A stretch of DNA of 63,450 bases, counting the filler, from Phoronis australis (lineage: Eukaryota; Animalia; Phoronida), in the NCBI GenBank assembly GCA_002633005.1. It is 4 parts of 4 records of this genome, joined end to end, with 100 filler letters (N's around TTAATTAATTAA, not from the genome) between each part and the next. Parts side by side here need not be neighbours in the genome. Positions count along the whole stretch, not along the records: positions 1 to 24,796 come from NMRA01001014.1; 3 more parts are not named here. One strand, 5' to 3'. Positions 1 through 13,117 of this stretch are shown in pieces. A model generated the notes under the pieces. The model was not told the origin of the DNA and searched no databases. It was given only the letters and a program-made list of their open reading frames with translations. The number at the start of each line of letters is the position of its first letter. Position 1 is the stretch's first letter. The translations under genes and the position numbers were made by a program.

Positions 1-392
1 CATATTTACTTTTCATGTTTCGAACCTAGTTTTCCGAAAAAAATTAAACCCTTTCGTCAGACAACTCTTTGGCGCCTTAACTTGTTCTCTAATGTAATTT
101 TCTACGTCTCTGTGGTTAATTGTCGACACATCATTAAAATTTAATATCCAGGTTGGACTCGAAAGACCGGCTATTTAACTCGCGCAGTGTCTACTTTCGC
201 TTTGTTTATCGCAGTGAGCCTCGCTTTGGATCTTAATGGCCGCCGCGTGAATAGGGTCTATGGTCATAAATGTTTGAATTCTATTAGCAGCAATTCTGGC
301 GTCATACTACTTCTTCAATTTGTGTACTTTTAATCAACAAATGAAAGCAAACATTAATAAAATCAATGTTTTTGATGACATCAGTGAATCAG

Positions 393-540
393 GGCCCGGT
401 CTCCATACTCATACTCGAGATTTCATACTCAAAATCGTGCTCACTGGAGTTGCACTCAAAAAAGCCTATTTAATGTCGCATTTCGAGTGTACTCCAAACG
501 TACTCAAATCTGAGAATCGTACTCGAGTTGCTATAGAACT
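393..540 (+). mobile_element. Related Harbinger-type MITE fragment
   Basis: CAG|GGCCCGGTCTC start identical to that of the 33231 element, followed by repeated TACTC(G/A)A motifs; right TIR eroded. Confidence 0.5.
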
Positions 541-1462
541 CTTTATGATGTGAAATGCAAAACCAAGCAAAGTCGCGCTGATTCAGCGCTCCCTATTCGC
601 ATAGACTACCCTAGCCAATAACATCATCGTCTGCTGTCGCTACCATTACAGGAGTATAACGAAGAATGCTTAGTGTTCCGTAACTGTTATTCATTTTTTC
701 AGTTTCAATACAAGATTCTTATATACCATTTCTTGATACATTTGCCAATTATTAAGCTTTACTTTTTGAGTTCCTAATCTCCCGAGAACGTCTTATGAAA
801 TTTGTAACAGCTTATCACATCAAAGAAAGTCACGACCGGAGCGGAGCAGCAACAATCTCAATGTCTGATTTAGCCAGGGAGCAAAATGAGTTCATTCTCT
901 CCTACACTTGACAAATTTACTCCTAAAATTGTCATGGTCACACCAACTGTTGAATGGCATATTGAAATTTTCTTTCTCAGTAATGCAGTGGTGAATCGGT
1001 GACCCCGGGCACGGGGGTCAGGTACCATATCACATGCCTGCAACCAACATTTTTAAACGAGAGTTCGAATTGCACATTTTCTTTGACGGGAGGTTGAATT
1101 TCAAAAGTTTGTACCTTAATTGCCAGTGGTGGCGTTTTTCTCTAGTTAGCCAGTTATCCACGTCAGCCCGAAACGTCAGTCGACATTTTTGGGTCTCAGT
1201 TATTTGTTTCCTGGTCAACGCCTGTTCTCTCTTGCTAATTTAGTCTTGACATAGAACCCATTGCTGTGTAGGCCTACGCTGATGACAAAATTTTGATACT
1301 GTATCTTTGCATTTTACCGGGATGTATCAAGTTAGTTGACATTTGGCGCGTGAGTTTAAAAAAACTACGTGTGCAGGCATTCAGAGTTCACCAATGAACG
1401 TAATGAGACGTCTACTTAGAAATCGGCAAACGTCTGGAATACCAATTGGGGGGCATGGGCTG

Positions 1463-2990
1463 TAGGCCACAGGGGACCTAGAAAACCACTTTTGTGACCA
1501 CTTTAGGGGGGCAATTTAATTCAGGTGTTTTTGATGTCACAAATCATTGTACTTTATGAATCAAAAAAGTTCCCGCGTTTAAACTTGCACATTTTTGTGA
1601 AATCTGATGTTAAAAATTTTGCCACTTCAGCAAATTTTACATAGAATTAAAAAAGTTAGAAAAGAAGAAATTTAAGTGTCCATGAAGGATGATACGGCAG
1701 AAAATATACCTACAGGCTAGATTAAATCATAATAAACACATTGTTTGTTATATTTTTCAATTAAAATGTAGAATTATGGAAGAAATGTGAATTGATGGGT
1801 GCCACCTGTTGGCGAAATATGGAACTATCAATCATAGTGCTTTATGCTGTTTTAATGTTGGTAAAACTATAATTATCAAACTGACTATGTCTAACCCTTA
1901 TTTTATCACACATATACTAATCTGTCATACACAAACAATTACTGCTACAAGTCCAAAGCATACAATTTGTCAAAAATTTGAGACAAAAACTATAGAATAA
2001 CAACAAATGCAATCGGATGAAGTACAAAAGGTCGAGAAATTCACAAGATGAAAAGCCATTACAAGAGACGTAAATATGAAAATAGAAAAATGTTTCACAA
2101 ATCACCAGGCTCACTAGGCCAGTTACTTGCCTGGTTTCTGTCTCTTGAGAAGATGTCTTTCCAAGTTCCTCCTGCGGGGATTCAAGTCCGTCACACCGTT
2201 ACTCATTATCTCACTCAGTTTCATCACTCACTTTGACATTCTTACAGTTTTGGCAGTTGCACATTTCAGTGAATTTTAGTCCAGCATTTACACAAGAACA
2301 AATGTTTGTTTATCAACAATTCACTCTTATTCCGTTTTGGACTAAGGTATTGTAGAATAGTGTAAATTATCTGTTATTTCGATTTCAGATGTCCAATACG
2401 GACATATACATTACAACCTCTTTTGGACAAAGTTTCCTCGAAGAGTGACTGTAACAGAGTCAAATATTTCCCCATGCGAGATTATTCGTTGCTCCACAGC
2501 TTCAAAGCAAAACTCTCAAAATACATCTGTGAAAATTTCACTGCTTTTACTATCGTCAGATGTCTGCTTTGTTAGTAGTCTTGTGACGTTTTTGTAGGAA
2601 GAACCATAGTATTTGGCTTTGAGTGCTACCAGACCTCTTCCTTGTAATCTGATCAAAAGGTCCACGTCATTTCCTGCCTTAGCAGCATTCAAAAACAACC
2701 CACCTACAATCAAGCAAATTAAAAATAAAACCGTTGTCAGAGTTAAAAAATATGGAAAGCATTGTAGGTCTGACCTACAAAACGATAGATGTTGACAATT
2801 ATGTATCAGTAGTAACCGAATGGAAGGACAAAGAATGACCAAAAGACAGATAGAAAACACTAGCCGGCTGTGCTCAAAAGTTAAAAAGATACCAATTGGA
2901 ATGTATGCAAAATGTTCTTGAAAACAAATTTTTGTTTGAAAATTAACATACAATTTCATGGATTTGTCAGAAAAACGGGTCAAGCTTTTG
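1463..2990 (-). mobile_element. Academ DNA transposon remnant (internally deleted)
   Basis: Peptide AAKAGNDVDLLIRLQGRGLVALKAKYY.SSY (about 2690-2590) resembles the Academ DLVA.EAKYH..CY motif. The terminus TAGGCCAC at 1463 and the next ~170 bp are similar to the ends at 21833 and 22488. Confidence 0.6.
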
Positions 2991-3192
2991 AACTAATGCC
3001 CATAGATATTTATTTTTGTGAAATTCAATAATTTGTCTTGAGAAACTACACATCAACAAAAGAAAACATAAAAACTTTCAACCAAATGTGGAAGTTGCCA
3101 AATGGAAATTATTAATTAATATGATGTAGAAAAATATATATTTAGTAACATGATTTTTTCTCTTTTTGCTCTTTTTGCTGTAGTCCCCATAG

Positions 3193-3210
3193 GCGTGTGT
3201 GTGTGTTTGT

Positions 3211-3263
<53 letters not shown>

Positions 3264-3283
3264 TGCGTGCGTGCGTGCGTGTA
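3193..3283. repeat. (GT)n microsatellite
   Basis: Directly visible GT run with a GCGT tail. Confidence 0.97.
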
Positions 3284-6200
3284 GCTGAATGTGCATTTAT
3301 TAAATCATATTAATTGTAATGCTACTTCATGCTTTACCTGCAATAAAAGAAAAAAACAGAGTGTTGCCTTGACTACTGTTAAAGTTTTTATATGCAATAA
3401 AGTCTATTATTGTTATACTGTTACCAATAAAACTTTTTTTTAAAGTGCTGTTAAAACAGCACTTTGATTGATATATATCAACTGCTGCATACAGGCATTC
3501 AAACGAAAATGGTAGATGCACGCGTTGCCTGTGACTCGAGTTGCTGGCTCTTTCAGCGACAATTCAAGATCGAACAAGTGCAGTTCTTAAAACCCTAAAG
3601 CGATTTGGTTGCGAATTCAGCATTTACAACTAAACAACGGCAAAATGTCCGTGCAAATTCAGTGTTAAAATCTTGCCCCTCCTGTCTCGAGACATGGTTC
3701 AGAGATGAGATATTTCTTTACCATTTCCCCTGAAATTGTATCCACTTTGGAATTTTAAGTCAAACAAAGCATCTTACCCAAGAGGTGAATCGATGTTCAT
3801 GTCTTCAGCTATCTCTTAGAAAAATCACGTGAGTGCGCGATATTCATTCCAGGAGTACCAGAGCTAGTTCAGTTGATTTGTACATCACTCGTATCAAGAC
3901 AACTTTCGGTAGAATAACTTTCTTCTACTCCGCTAATAAACTATTTAATTGCCTACCTCCAACCCTAAATAACGCAAAAGTCTAACCACGCTACACTCCC
4001 ATTAAGAAAGGAAACACTTAAAATTGCTTAAACGTCTTGTCTATTTAGATTTTTTTTACGATTTACATCTTTGTTATACTTTCATTTTTCAAGCATTATT
4101 TTTTTTCTATTTACTATACTTGTGTTACTATTTAAATTATTTTTAATATACTTTCCACAAAATCTATGTGTGTTTGTCTTTCATTTCATTTCTTCTACGT
4201 CTTCTCTTGTTATTTCTTTTGTTTATGTTTTACGGTATTTTTCATATATTGGCATTCTATGTATTTATCTTTGTTCTTTTACTTTTGTTTCATGGTTATT
4301 TTATTTTATATTATATACTTTGCATATCGTTTTGAGTGAGACCTTCGCGAGAACAATAAAGTGTACTGAACAGGTTATCCAATTTAAATCAAGATTTTTA
4401 AAATTAATTAAAGAATTTACAACACTGATGACACTATCCAGTCACCATGACTAAATGAAAATGCATGACGGACGTTTTGTCCAAGGAGATAGGGAGGCCT
4501 TCATAAAAATTGTACGCAAAATAGCAACAATGACGTGGCTGAAATTGTTTCACAATGAATTTGACGTCTCGCAACAGTCAAATTTACTACGCGGATATTA
4601 AGGTTTTATAGTTTTATGCATCTCATCCCAATCACTTTCAGAAATTTGAAATCTTGCAATTTTGCTAATACAAAATAAAATTATCTGGAACAGAGAATCA
4701 GACAATGAAAAGACATCGCCCAGGCAGGTGGCTTGGAATGAACTGAAAGCGAGTTCGTCCTTGAGACCGAGATCATAAACTTGCAGGTCCACTAATCATT
4801 CAACATTCCAGCGTCGCCGAGCAATCACCGTTTACCCATTAAACAGTGATTGTAATTTTGCGACCTAAGCTAGCGAGATCCCGAGGGTACTCTCGCAAAG
4901 CACTCGCCTCTCACTTGCGAGCATTTACGGTCTTGCATGATAACGCTTTTCCCCAAGAAATATGTTCCACAGAATGTACATCTGAACATCCTTTTCCTGT
5001 CACGCAAGTATCCTGAAGCGACGTTCTATCCGCTGTCTTGAACAAACTGAGAAAATTAAAACACGCTTATCATGCATGGAATGTGAATTGTTCAGAACTA
5101 ACTCCATGTTAATTAATACTGGCGGATCAAGGATGTCGTAAGGTAGACCTAGCAGCAATCTTTGAAAGAAACATTCCTTTAAGCCATGAACGACTGACAT
5201 CCATTTCTTTTTTGGGTCTTACCCGCCCCCTTTAAATCCTTCATAGAATTTTCTCTAATTGATGGGGCAAATTAGGTTTTAGACAAGCAAACACAGCTTT
5301 GGTAGTGGGAAGAATATTTCATACCTCTTCTTAGTGATTTAAGGAGGTTAAATCGCGTTTTTCCCAGTCGACATATTTATTCACCTTGCTGGAAGTTAGA
5401 CCACAAGCACAGCTAACGCTACGTAGCGTCTACTACAAGTACTGATCAGCAGTCCTACGTTTTCTTAAAAAAAGCACTATGACAAGTTTTGATACAATGA
5501 AAAGTTCATGAGAGCAGGTGATTTCCGCTAAAAATCTCTTAACGTCCATTTTTCCTCAGAGAGTTTGCGTCCACAAAAGGCCGCCAAGGTGCTCGAAATT
5601 TGAATTGATTACCACAGCGCCACCATTTGACAATGGACTTTAAATCTCCTGTAGGCCTAAGAGATAGCCTGACAAGACTGCTATTGAGATTTTAAAAAAT
5701 AAACTGACAAGTGATGGCGTAGGAATTGGTGATTAAATTCCTCTATGTAGATTTTAACTTACATTGACTTGAACTATCACCAGGTTTTGCTTTATCAGCA
5801 GTTTGGCTACTTTAAGTGTTCCACCGACGCCTCCACAACAAGTCACAGACAAACTTGAAATATCTTAACGAAATTTTGCTGCATTTTTCACACCTTGTTC
5901 CCGTGTCATAAATGCAAACTATCTTGTAAGAATCCCATGGGCCTTTAAGTTGGTGTTTGTTCTCGTGGAAACCGCCGGAAGTCCTAAAATAAAGCGCCAT
6001 CCTGAAATTTTAAGAATTCTTATCTACTATCAGGTCACAATAACAAACATCTAACTAACAGTTCTTCCAATGGCTGTCAGTATGAAAGTCAATCAATGAA
6101 CATTGTCCTTCAAAAACTCAGTGTGAATAACAGTTTCTTTTAGACCCCGTTCTGTTTACTTATTGGTTTTCCCTCGCGGGACGCCAGTTCCAAACATGCT

Positions 6201-8186
6201 CTGTCTGCTATGTACCCCCTCTTTCACAGTTTTGGATCAAAACAATCAATTGTTCATGGAGCCGTTTATGTTCTTTCGCCTTTCAATAGCTTCGGCAGGC
6301 GATGTTGTGTTGGCGAGAAGTGGGGTGTTGTGCTAAAACTGTCATTTTTGCGATTTTTGTCACCCTTTTCTGAACCTTGTTTTTTATTTCGATGGAAAGG
6401 AAAGGACTAAAAATAAAAGTTATTGTGGTCACGTGTTGCAGTTTTGATGAGAAACAACTCACAATGTTACATTTTGTTCGTACTAGATTTTTCGCAAGAG
6501 TGGAAGAAAGACAGGTCGGTAGTATAGTAACATGTACACTGCCAAACAAAACCCAATGCGAAATGCACAGTGTTCCCTAATTCTCTGTCTTTGAGACGTT
6601 GTCTTCTCTGAGGGTATCAGTACATTTGTACTAGCTGGCATGTTCAAACACAAAGGTAAGAATCAAATTATTACAACTGCGCTTGACTTGTGCAGTGATC
6701 GCAACGGCAAATGCAATGAAAAGATAATTACGCGCTCATATGAGTTAACCAATTCAATTGCAAAAAGGGCGCTTGATTACATTGTAGTGAGGCTCTAAAC
6801 GATTCACCATCAACAACGAAGAAACAGCAGATAAAGCAATTGCCATTGAGCGACAATGTAACAAAATACTGTAATGTAAAAAATGCAAAAGAGACATTGC
6901 ATTTACGGTTGAATTCGCCAGCCACCTTTATAACTCATATAGTAGTTGCAGAGTTTGCTGCCGAAGCAGACGTACTAAAGGTGACGGTGTGGTGTCGTCA
7001 CGATAAAATATCTGACGTCACGAATCGTATTAAAAAATTCTAATCGAAAGCCATGATAACAACTCAATGGACATTTTTACGCTTAGAGAACAATGGGATA
7101 TACCTGGTCCTCGCTATTTGTTGGTTGCAAATGGTTCTCTGCTCAGAATTGCTTGGTTGACGGAAGTCCGACAATCCATTGCAGATATCCCGCAGATATC
7201 ATACCACTCTCTAATAGTAAAAAAGTCGAGAATGCAGTTGTTGGTCACTATCAGTTCCCCGAAAATATGCCAATGCGACAAAAATATTTCCTTTTATTAC
7301 CATACGTACACAGACACATGATCGAAAAATAAGATCGTGATTAGATATATAATACATAATACACAACACACCGATTAATATATGGATAACATTAAACTGG
7401 CAAGCATTAAGATTAAGTTTGCCAATAACACAGTAATTATTAACACCAGCTGTAAAACGCAATCTAGATTATGAGTATGAATCCAATACAATATAGTATT
7501 TGTATGTTAAACCTACGCCCCTGACAGTATTACAGCCCGAAAGTAGTCGCACTTGTTCGGTGTAGTCGGTGGTCGTCAGCATTTTTCAAAAATGCATTGC
7601 ACTTAAAATACACACATATGCACGTAAATAGATACAAGATTGAACAGTGATAATGCGAGTAAGGAAATTTTCCGTTTTTTCTTTAGTAATAAAATTCCCC
7701 AAATTTGTTTATCAGTACATGTTTACTCACGACTTCCTGGCCTTCAACTCACATAGTATGCAATAGAGTTTAAATTTCTTCAAAAGTACACAACTGCTTT
7801 GTACTAACAATAAAAACACGAAAAACACATTTTGATAAGCTGCCCTGAGGGGCATTGTGTTTACAGAACATTAACTTTTGAAAATTAAACAATGATGGCA
7901 CGTGCGAGTCTTTTGCTAAAAGCTAGGCTCTAAAGTCTATGCCACTGTAACAGCCATTTTTGATGTTACAACTTGCACGTGCCATTTTCGAGCTCGCAAT
8001 TTTAGGGTCACCAACCGCAAAGGCCTAAGCGTTTTTTTCTCGGGTCGCAGATGGTTTCGATGTTCTCGGTAGAAATAGAATCCTATTACTATAAGGGATT
8101 ATCAGACTGATATTTTATGGTAAAAGGTCGAATTACATTATTATTTTAGCTAGCTAATCAGGCTGTAACGCCGCTTTGAATTTTGC

Positions 8187-10898
8187 TTAGGGAACTATCA
8201 CAACAGTAAACAACACTAAAAGTACGCAATGAGATCTGTACATGTAGGTGCCGCGACCATCAATCGAAGAGCTCGTTCCTGCTACAGATGAATTGAACAA
8301 AAATGATAAATTGTTGTAGTGCGACTGTATGCCAACCAGGTTCATTGCGGAACAGTTGTACACTCCATTTATGAACTGATCAACGGGAAAAGTGAGTGAA
8401 GCAACAGTTCTGAGATCAGAGGCGTTAATTGAAGGTAAAAAAGTTGTCAAGTCTTCCAATGAGTTGCCGAGTAAGATTACTGGCGAGGGGTCACCGCTCG
8501 AAACACATTGGATGGTTACGTCTGTTTTTGTGACGAGGACACTTATTTCAGGTTTGGAGGGGTGTTGGCACGTCATGTTGACGTCCAGAAAAGATTGAAG
8601 GTTTAGCTTGTTTTTTGTAGGGGATGAACAGCTTGGAATGTCATAGCTGTAATGACTTTTTTCTAGGTGATACCTGGCGCTCAGCTTCACCCATTGCTGA
8701 ATGTTAACGAGACGGCAATTACAGTGAAGAGGATTGTTGGCAACGCTGAAAATCGTAAGTCTATTGGTAACTAGGCCGTCTATAATGGGCTGTGGCAGAG
8801 TACTTAGTCGGTTGTCTCTGATTTTCAGTGTTCTCAATCTGGACATTCTAGCCATGGCCAACGGTTCAATAACTTCAATGCGGTTGTGATTAAGAGTCAA
8901 CGTTTTCAGTGCTCTAAGTGGTCCGAAAACGTCTTCTTTGATCTCTCGAATACTATTGCTGGATAAATCGAGAAACCTAAGAAACATCAAGTTGTCAAAT
9001 GTCCCTTGTTGTAACTCTTCGATATTTGAGTCATGTATATCCAGTGCTTCTAAAAATCCTAATCCAGAAAACATGCCCTTGACACACCACCGTATATTGT
9101 TGTGGTCGATACTTAGATCCAAGGCGTCAAACATGTTGTCAAAGCTGTAATGTTCTATTCTCGATATCCTGTTAAAATGCAGCTTAATTAATATAAGGGA
9201 ACTCCCGTTAAAAACGCCGGGAATTATCTTCTTTATCAAATTGTTCCCAAGGTCGATGGTCCTAAGCAAGTTTAATGGTTCGAAAGTCCCTCGCTCAATC
9301 TTTGCAATCCTGTTGTTTTTCACCACAAGAATATGCAATGACGAAAGTCCAGCAAACATTTTTCCCGACAGTCGCGTCAGATTGTTTCGTGAGAGATCTA
9401 ACGACTCAAGTTTACCGCAAAGTTTGAATGGCTGGTCGTTTAGGTGTGCAATACCGCTGTTTCTTAATTCAAGAATTCGTAGACTGGCAAGGTTTACTGG
9501 AAATGTTGCCGATATAATGCTCCGTTCACACTTAATTTTCAGCCCCAACCATGTTACGTTCTCTAACGAGATTGTGTGTTGAATATCATCAACACGCCTT
9601 AGATCAACATTAAGCCGCCGAGTGTTAGGAGACCATGTCTCTGGAACGTAAGTGATTGGATTAGCATCGATGTCAAGAAGTTCCAAACTCTGTGGTCCAT
9701 GCAGTGTGTTAGGAATAATATGTGCAATGTTGTTACAACGTAAGTGAAGACTCCTCAAACGTCCCAAATTAGCGAAGGCAAATTCTTCTATGATGGCAAT
9801 TTTGTTACCAGCCAAGTGCAACACTTGAAGTCCAAACAAGCCGCGAAAAGTTCGACTTGTGATAATTGTTAAAGAGTTTTTCTGGAGAGAGAGGGTACGG
9901 AGGCGAGATGCCGACTGAAATGTGGCGTCCTCGATAATTTCTATATGGTTGTCTTCAAAATACGCCCATACCAACGTTTCACTGCACTGTAACATTCCTT
10001 TGGTCAAATTTCGAAAGCGGTTGTCAGAAATGCGAAGTCGTCTTACCGCTGGCATTCGGCAAAAGGTTCCAGTCTGGATACTGGAAAGGTTATTCGAAGT
10101 CAGCTGAAGATCATGTAGTGACTTGTAAAAATCAAGCTGCGATCCTGAGAGCTCATGTAAATCATTGGCACTCACATCCAACATGCGTATGGATTTTGGG
10201 ATTGTCCATGTTTGGAGTGTGCGCAGTTTGTTGCCATGCAAGTTTAAATAAGTCAGTTGATCCAGATGCTGAAGAACACCGTCGTCAATTTGAGATATTT
10301 TATTATTCTCCATTTGCAATGATTGTAATGCTGGTAGTTGTCGAAATGTTCCATTGAGCAATCTTGATATGCAGTTGCCCGAGAGACCGAGAGTAGTCAA
10401 GTTGTACAATTTACTCGCGAAAGTCTCTCCATCGAGAGCAGTTATTTTGTTTTGATCCAGGTGCAATTCAACCAACTTCGGTGTTGACGCAAAGGCACCG
10501 CGTGGTAAATCACGTATCTCATTTCCTCTCATATATAAATACTTAAGCTTAAACAAGCCAGAAAACGTTGCCTTCGATATTCTAGTGATTCTATTATGGT
10601 CAAGAAAAAGCCCCGTCAATTCACCCATGGCAATGAATAGCTGATCTGCGATGTTAGTCAGTTTGTTGTAGTCTAGTGCTAATGTGGTGACGTTAGACGA
10701 TGATGTAAACGTGTTTGGTAAGATATGCCTGATGTCGCAGTTGGTCAACATAAAGACTTCTTGTGAAATCCTTGCCACCGCTGGCAGATCGTCGCGAGAC
10801 AACACACCGTCCGTATCGTCAATGTTCAACGGACATCTTAGGCGAACGGCGTAAGCAAGCCACACTTTGAAAACGAGACTTGCTAGCAGTAGCTTCAT
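8187..10898 (-). CDS. Single-exon extracellular LRR-LRRCT-Ig protein (LIG-type), probably GPI-anchored
   Basis: 903-aa uninterrupted ORF. N-terminal signal peptide (MKLLLASLVFKVWLAYA); roughly 25 or more LxxLxLxxNxI repeats; LRRCT (NPLHCNCRL...PSCSSP...C); Ig-like domain (VTIQCVSSGDPSP...GVYNCSAMNLVG); ends SSVAGTSSS...VLLVLFTVVIVP-stop with no cytoplasmic tail. Confidence 0.92.
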   Translation of the reverse strand: MKLLLASLVFKVWLAYAVRLRCPLNIDDTDGVLSRDDLPAVARISQEVFMLTNCDIRHILPNTFTSSSNVTTLALDYNKLTNIADQLFIAMGELTGLFLDHNRITRISKATFSGLFKLKYLYMRGNEIRDLPRGAFASTPKLVELHLDQNKITALDGETFASKLYNLTTLGLSGNCISRLLNGTFRQLPALQSLQMENNKISQIDDGVLQHLDQLTYLNLHGNKLRTLQTWTIPKSIRMLDVSANDLHELSGSQLDFYKSLHDLQLTSNNLSSIQTGTFCRMPAVRRLRISDNRFRNLTKGMLQCSETLVWAYFEDNHIEIIEDATFQSASRLRTLSLQKNSLTIITSRTFRGLFGLQVLHLAGNKIAIIEEFAFANLGRLRSLHLRCNNIAHIIPNTLHGPQSLELLDIDANPITYVPETWSPNTRRLNVDLRRVDDIQHTISLENVTWLGLKIKCERSIISATFPVNLASLRILELRNSGIAHLNDQPFKLCGKLESLDLSRNNLTRLSGKMFAGLSSLHILVVKNNRIAKIERGTFEPLNLLRTIDLGNNLIKKIIPGVFNGSSLILIKLHFNRISRIEHYSFDNMFDALDLSIDHNNIRWCVKGMFSGLGFLEALDIHDSNIEELQQGTFDNLMFLRFLDLSSNSIREIKEDVFGPLRALKTLTLNHNRIEVIEPLAMARMSRLRTLKIRDNRLSTLPQPIIDGLVTNRLTIFSVANNPLHCNCRLVNIQQWVKLSARYHLEKSHYSYDIPSCSSPTKNKLNLQSFLDVNMTCQHPSKPEISVLVTKTDVTIQCVSSGDPSPVILLGNSLEDLTTFLPSINASDLRTVASLTFPVDQFINGVYNCSAMNLVGIQSHYNNLSFLFNSSVAGTSSSIDGRGTYMYRSHCVLLVLFTVVIVP

Positions 10899-11763
10899 GA
10901 CTTGTCGAGTAGCGTGTCAAACACACGTTGGAGTGTCGCAGTTTATATTGTCTTATTGCTCAGGATTCACAGTTGACTTCAGTGCGAAAAACATACTTAG
11001 CGCTCGTATTCTGCCAGACAAAACTTGATAAATCACCTTGTTGAAGACAAAGTAATATTAGAAACAAAAAAACAAGAAAAAGTCTCCGTAAACAAAAACT
11101 GTCATTGGTCACTGTTAGAGGAATTACCAAAGGTACTTATGGTTTACGTTTCTACATATTTCGCTGAGGCCGAATTGGGAAGGCAACAGTCCACCACATA
11201 CTACTCCTATAACGATCTTCAGCAAGGTGTCGCCCCTGAACCGTGTAAATTGTTAAGTGCACTTGTTTCTCCCCGCCTCTTCTTGCAGTCCTGATACCGA
11301 ATGATCGATGGGATAAGACTCGCTTGCGGCTAAATCACAATCAAGGTCCATATTCGAGAGTTGACAATGTTACGGTCTTTTTGGTTACTTACCAAATGGC
11401 AACTGAATCTCATATGCAAAGAGTTATTTAGTTGTGCAAATTAAAAAAGAATCATCAAAATCGGACAATTTTTTTAGAAATTAATGCATGTTTTTGTCTA
11501 TGAATTTCATGCATTTTTGCGTTACGAGTGGAAATTTTAAAAATTTGCTTTTCAACTGTCAACAGTAGAAAAGAAATTTATTTTATTAAGAAAGCAATTG
11601 CTTAGATATGACTGGGAATAACTTGAGTCACTTTCAAAATCGCTTAGATGAAGTTGTGCAAATGAAATTATTGCCTTTTAAATAACAACATGGTGCTCGT
11701 TATCCTCAAAGAAAAATAAATGACCATACAACATTATGTTACCATGTGATGCAGAATCAGTGA

Positions 11764-13117
11764 TGTAGTGTACGTACCCCCTTTTGTAGTGTACGTACCC
11801 CCGTGTTTACAAATGCCATGAATTTAAAATATCACTTGGTTGTAGTGAGCAACATTGGTCATAGACAGTTACCTTCCTTAAAATGGTAAGTTAAAAGGGT
11901 GTTTACTGCAAATACATTTGTTTTAAGTGAAAGATGGGCATTTGTGTGCCAATTTTCAAAATATGGCAGATATGCACATGAATGTGTGTTTTTATTTTTT
12001 CTCTTTGAATTGATTTAGTAAATCAAATTACTCTCAGTAAATTCATAGTATTTAGTTACAAACCTGACATGTCATTGAAATGTAGTGTACGTACATGTAC
12101 CCCTGTGTAGTGTACGTACCCCGATGCAAACAAATACCAGGAAACAAAAATATTGCACGGTACATGTAAGTAAGCAACATTTGTCACAGTTTCTTCCATT
12201 AAAAATGCTAGATGTTAATTACAAATACTCTTGTTTTAAGTGAAATATTAGCATTTGTGTATTGTAGGTACCCTATATTTTAACATGTGCCTCTTTTAAA
12301 AGAATGACGGACAGATATGCACATATACGCTGCACATTTTATTTATTCTCTTTGATTTGGTAAGTGAACTAACTCTTAGTAGATTGTAAGTATTTCTATA
12401 AACCTGACAAGTCATTGAAATGTAGTGTACGTACCCCTGTGTAGTGTACGTACCCCTGTGTAGTGTACGTACCCCTGTGTAGTGTACCTACCTTAAACCT
12501 TTGTGCCCACAAGTATTTTTACATACTGCTGTTCTCTTGAACAATACTAATATTTCCAAAATACATCCAGTCTGACAAAAAACAATAGACATCATCAAAT
12601 TTGTGGGCCATAAAATGCCAGAGAGGACTTGGCTAGTAACATTCTAGAAGACACGTCATGTGACAACTCATGTTGCAGAGGCAGGCTCTCTATCTCTCAA
12701 GACAACTTCCAACAAAACAACAAGTAGAGGCAGCTCAAAATTCGAGACCATCCCATACATTTGTAACTTAGTCAAAATTTGACGTTGACTGACTGTGAGT
12801 AGTGTACGTACCCCTCAACCGCTATCACTTTTTACTGTTTACAAGTTGAACACTAGGCATAGCATTGCTTTAACTTAAACTTTACTCACTGGTGAATGTA
12901 TTGAAAACTAGGCAAATAGCAGAAGTTATCGCTATAATGTGTTAAGATATGCAATGTATCATCATCTTGAGCAACTTGATCAGCACGGTAATAACTTTTC
13001 TTGCTTTAGTATGTGATACTTCTTCAACTTGATCAAGAATAATTAAATTAACAGCTACATTGCGAATTTTTGCATGATAGAAGTGGGATGTGACCACAAG
13101 TTGCAGTGCGCGTACCC
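11764..13117. repeat. Dispersed and tandem ~21-bp motif TGTAGTGTACGTACCCC(TG) within a local duplication
   Basis: Copies at about 11764-11802 (x2), 12081-12122 (x2), 12421-12492 (x4), 12799-12814 and 13103-13117. The flanking ~200-bp blocks 11915-12120 and 12230-12460 are similar to each other. Confidence 0.85.

Noticed and set aside
4071-4454. 127-aa hydrophobic ORF
   Set aside because: T-rich low-complexity sequence giving an F/I/L/Y bias; non-ATG start and no motif.
4480-5950. Possible TTAA-flanked element ends here and at 16900-19015
   Set aside because: No matching TIR pair or coding motif could be established by eye.
8392-10357. Short antisense ORFs over the LRR gene (and similarly over the GPCR, EGF and Harbinger genes)
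   Set aside because: Shadow frames of real coding sequence with no independent evidence.
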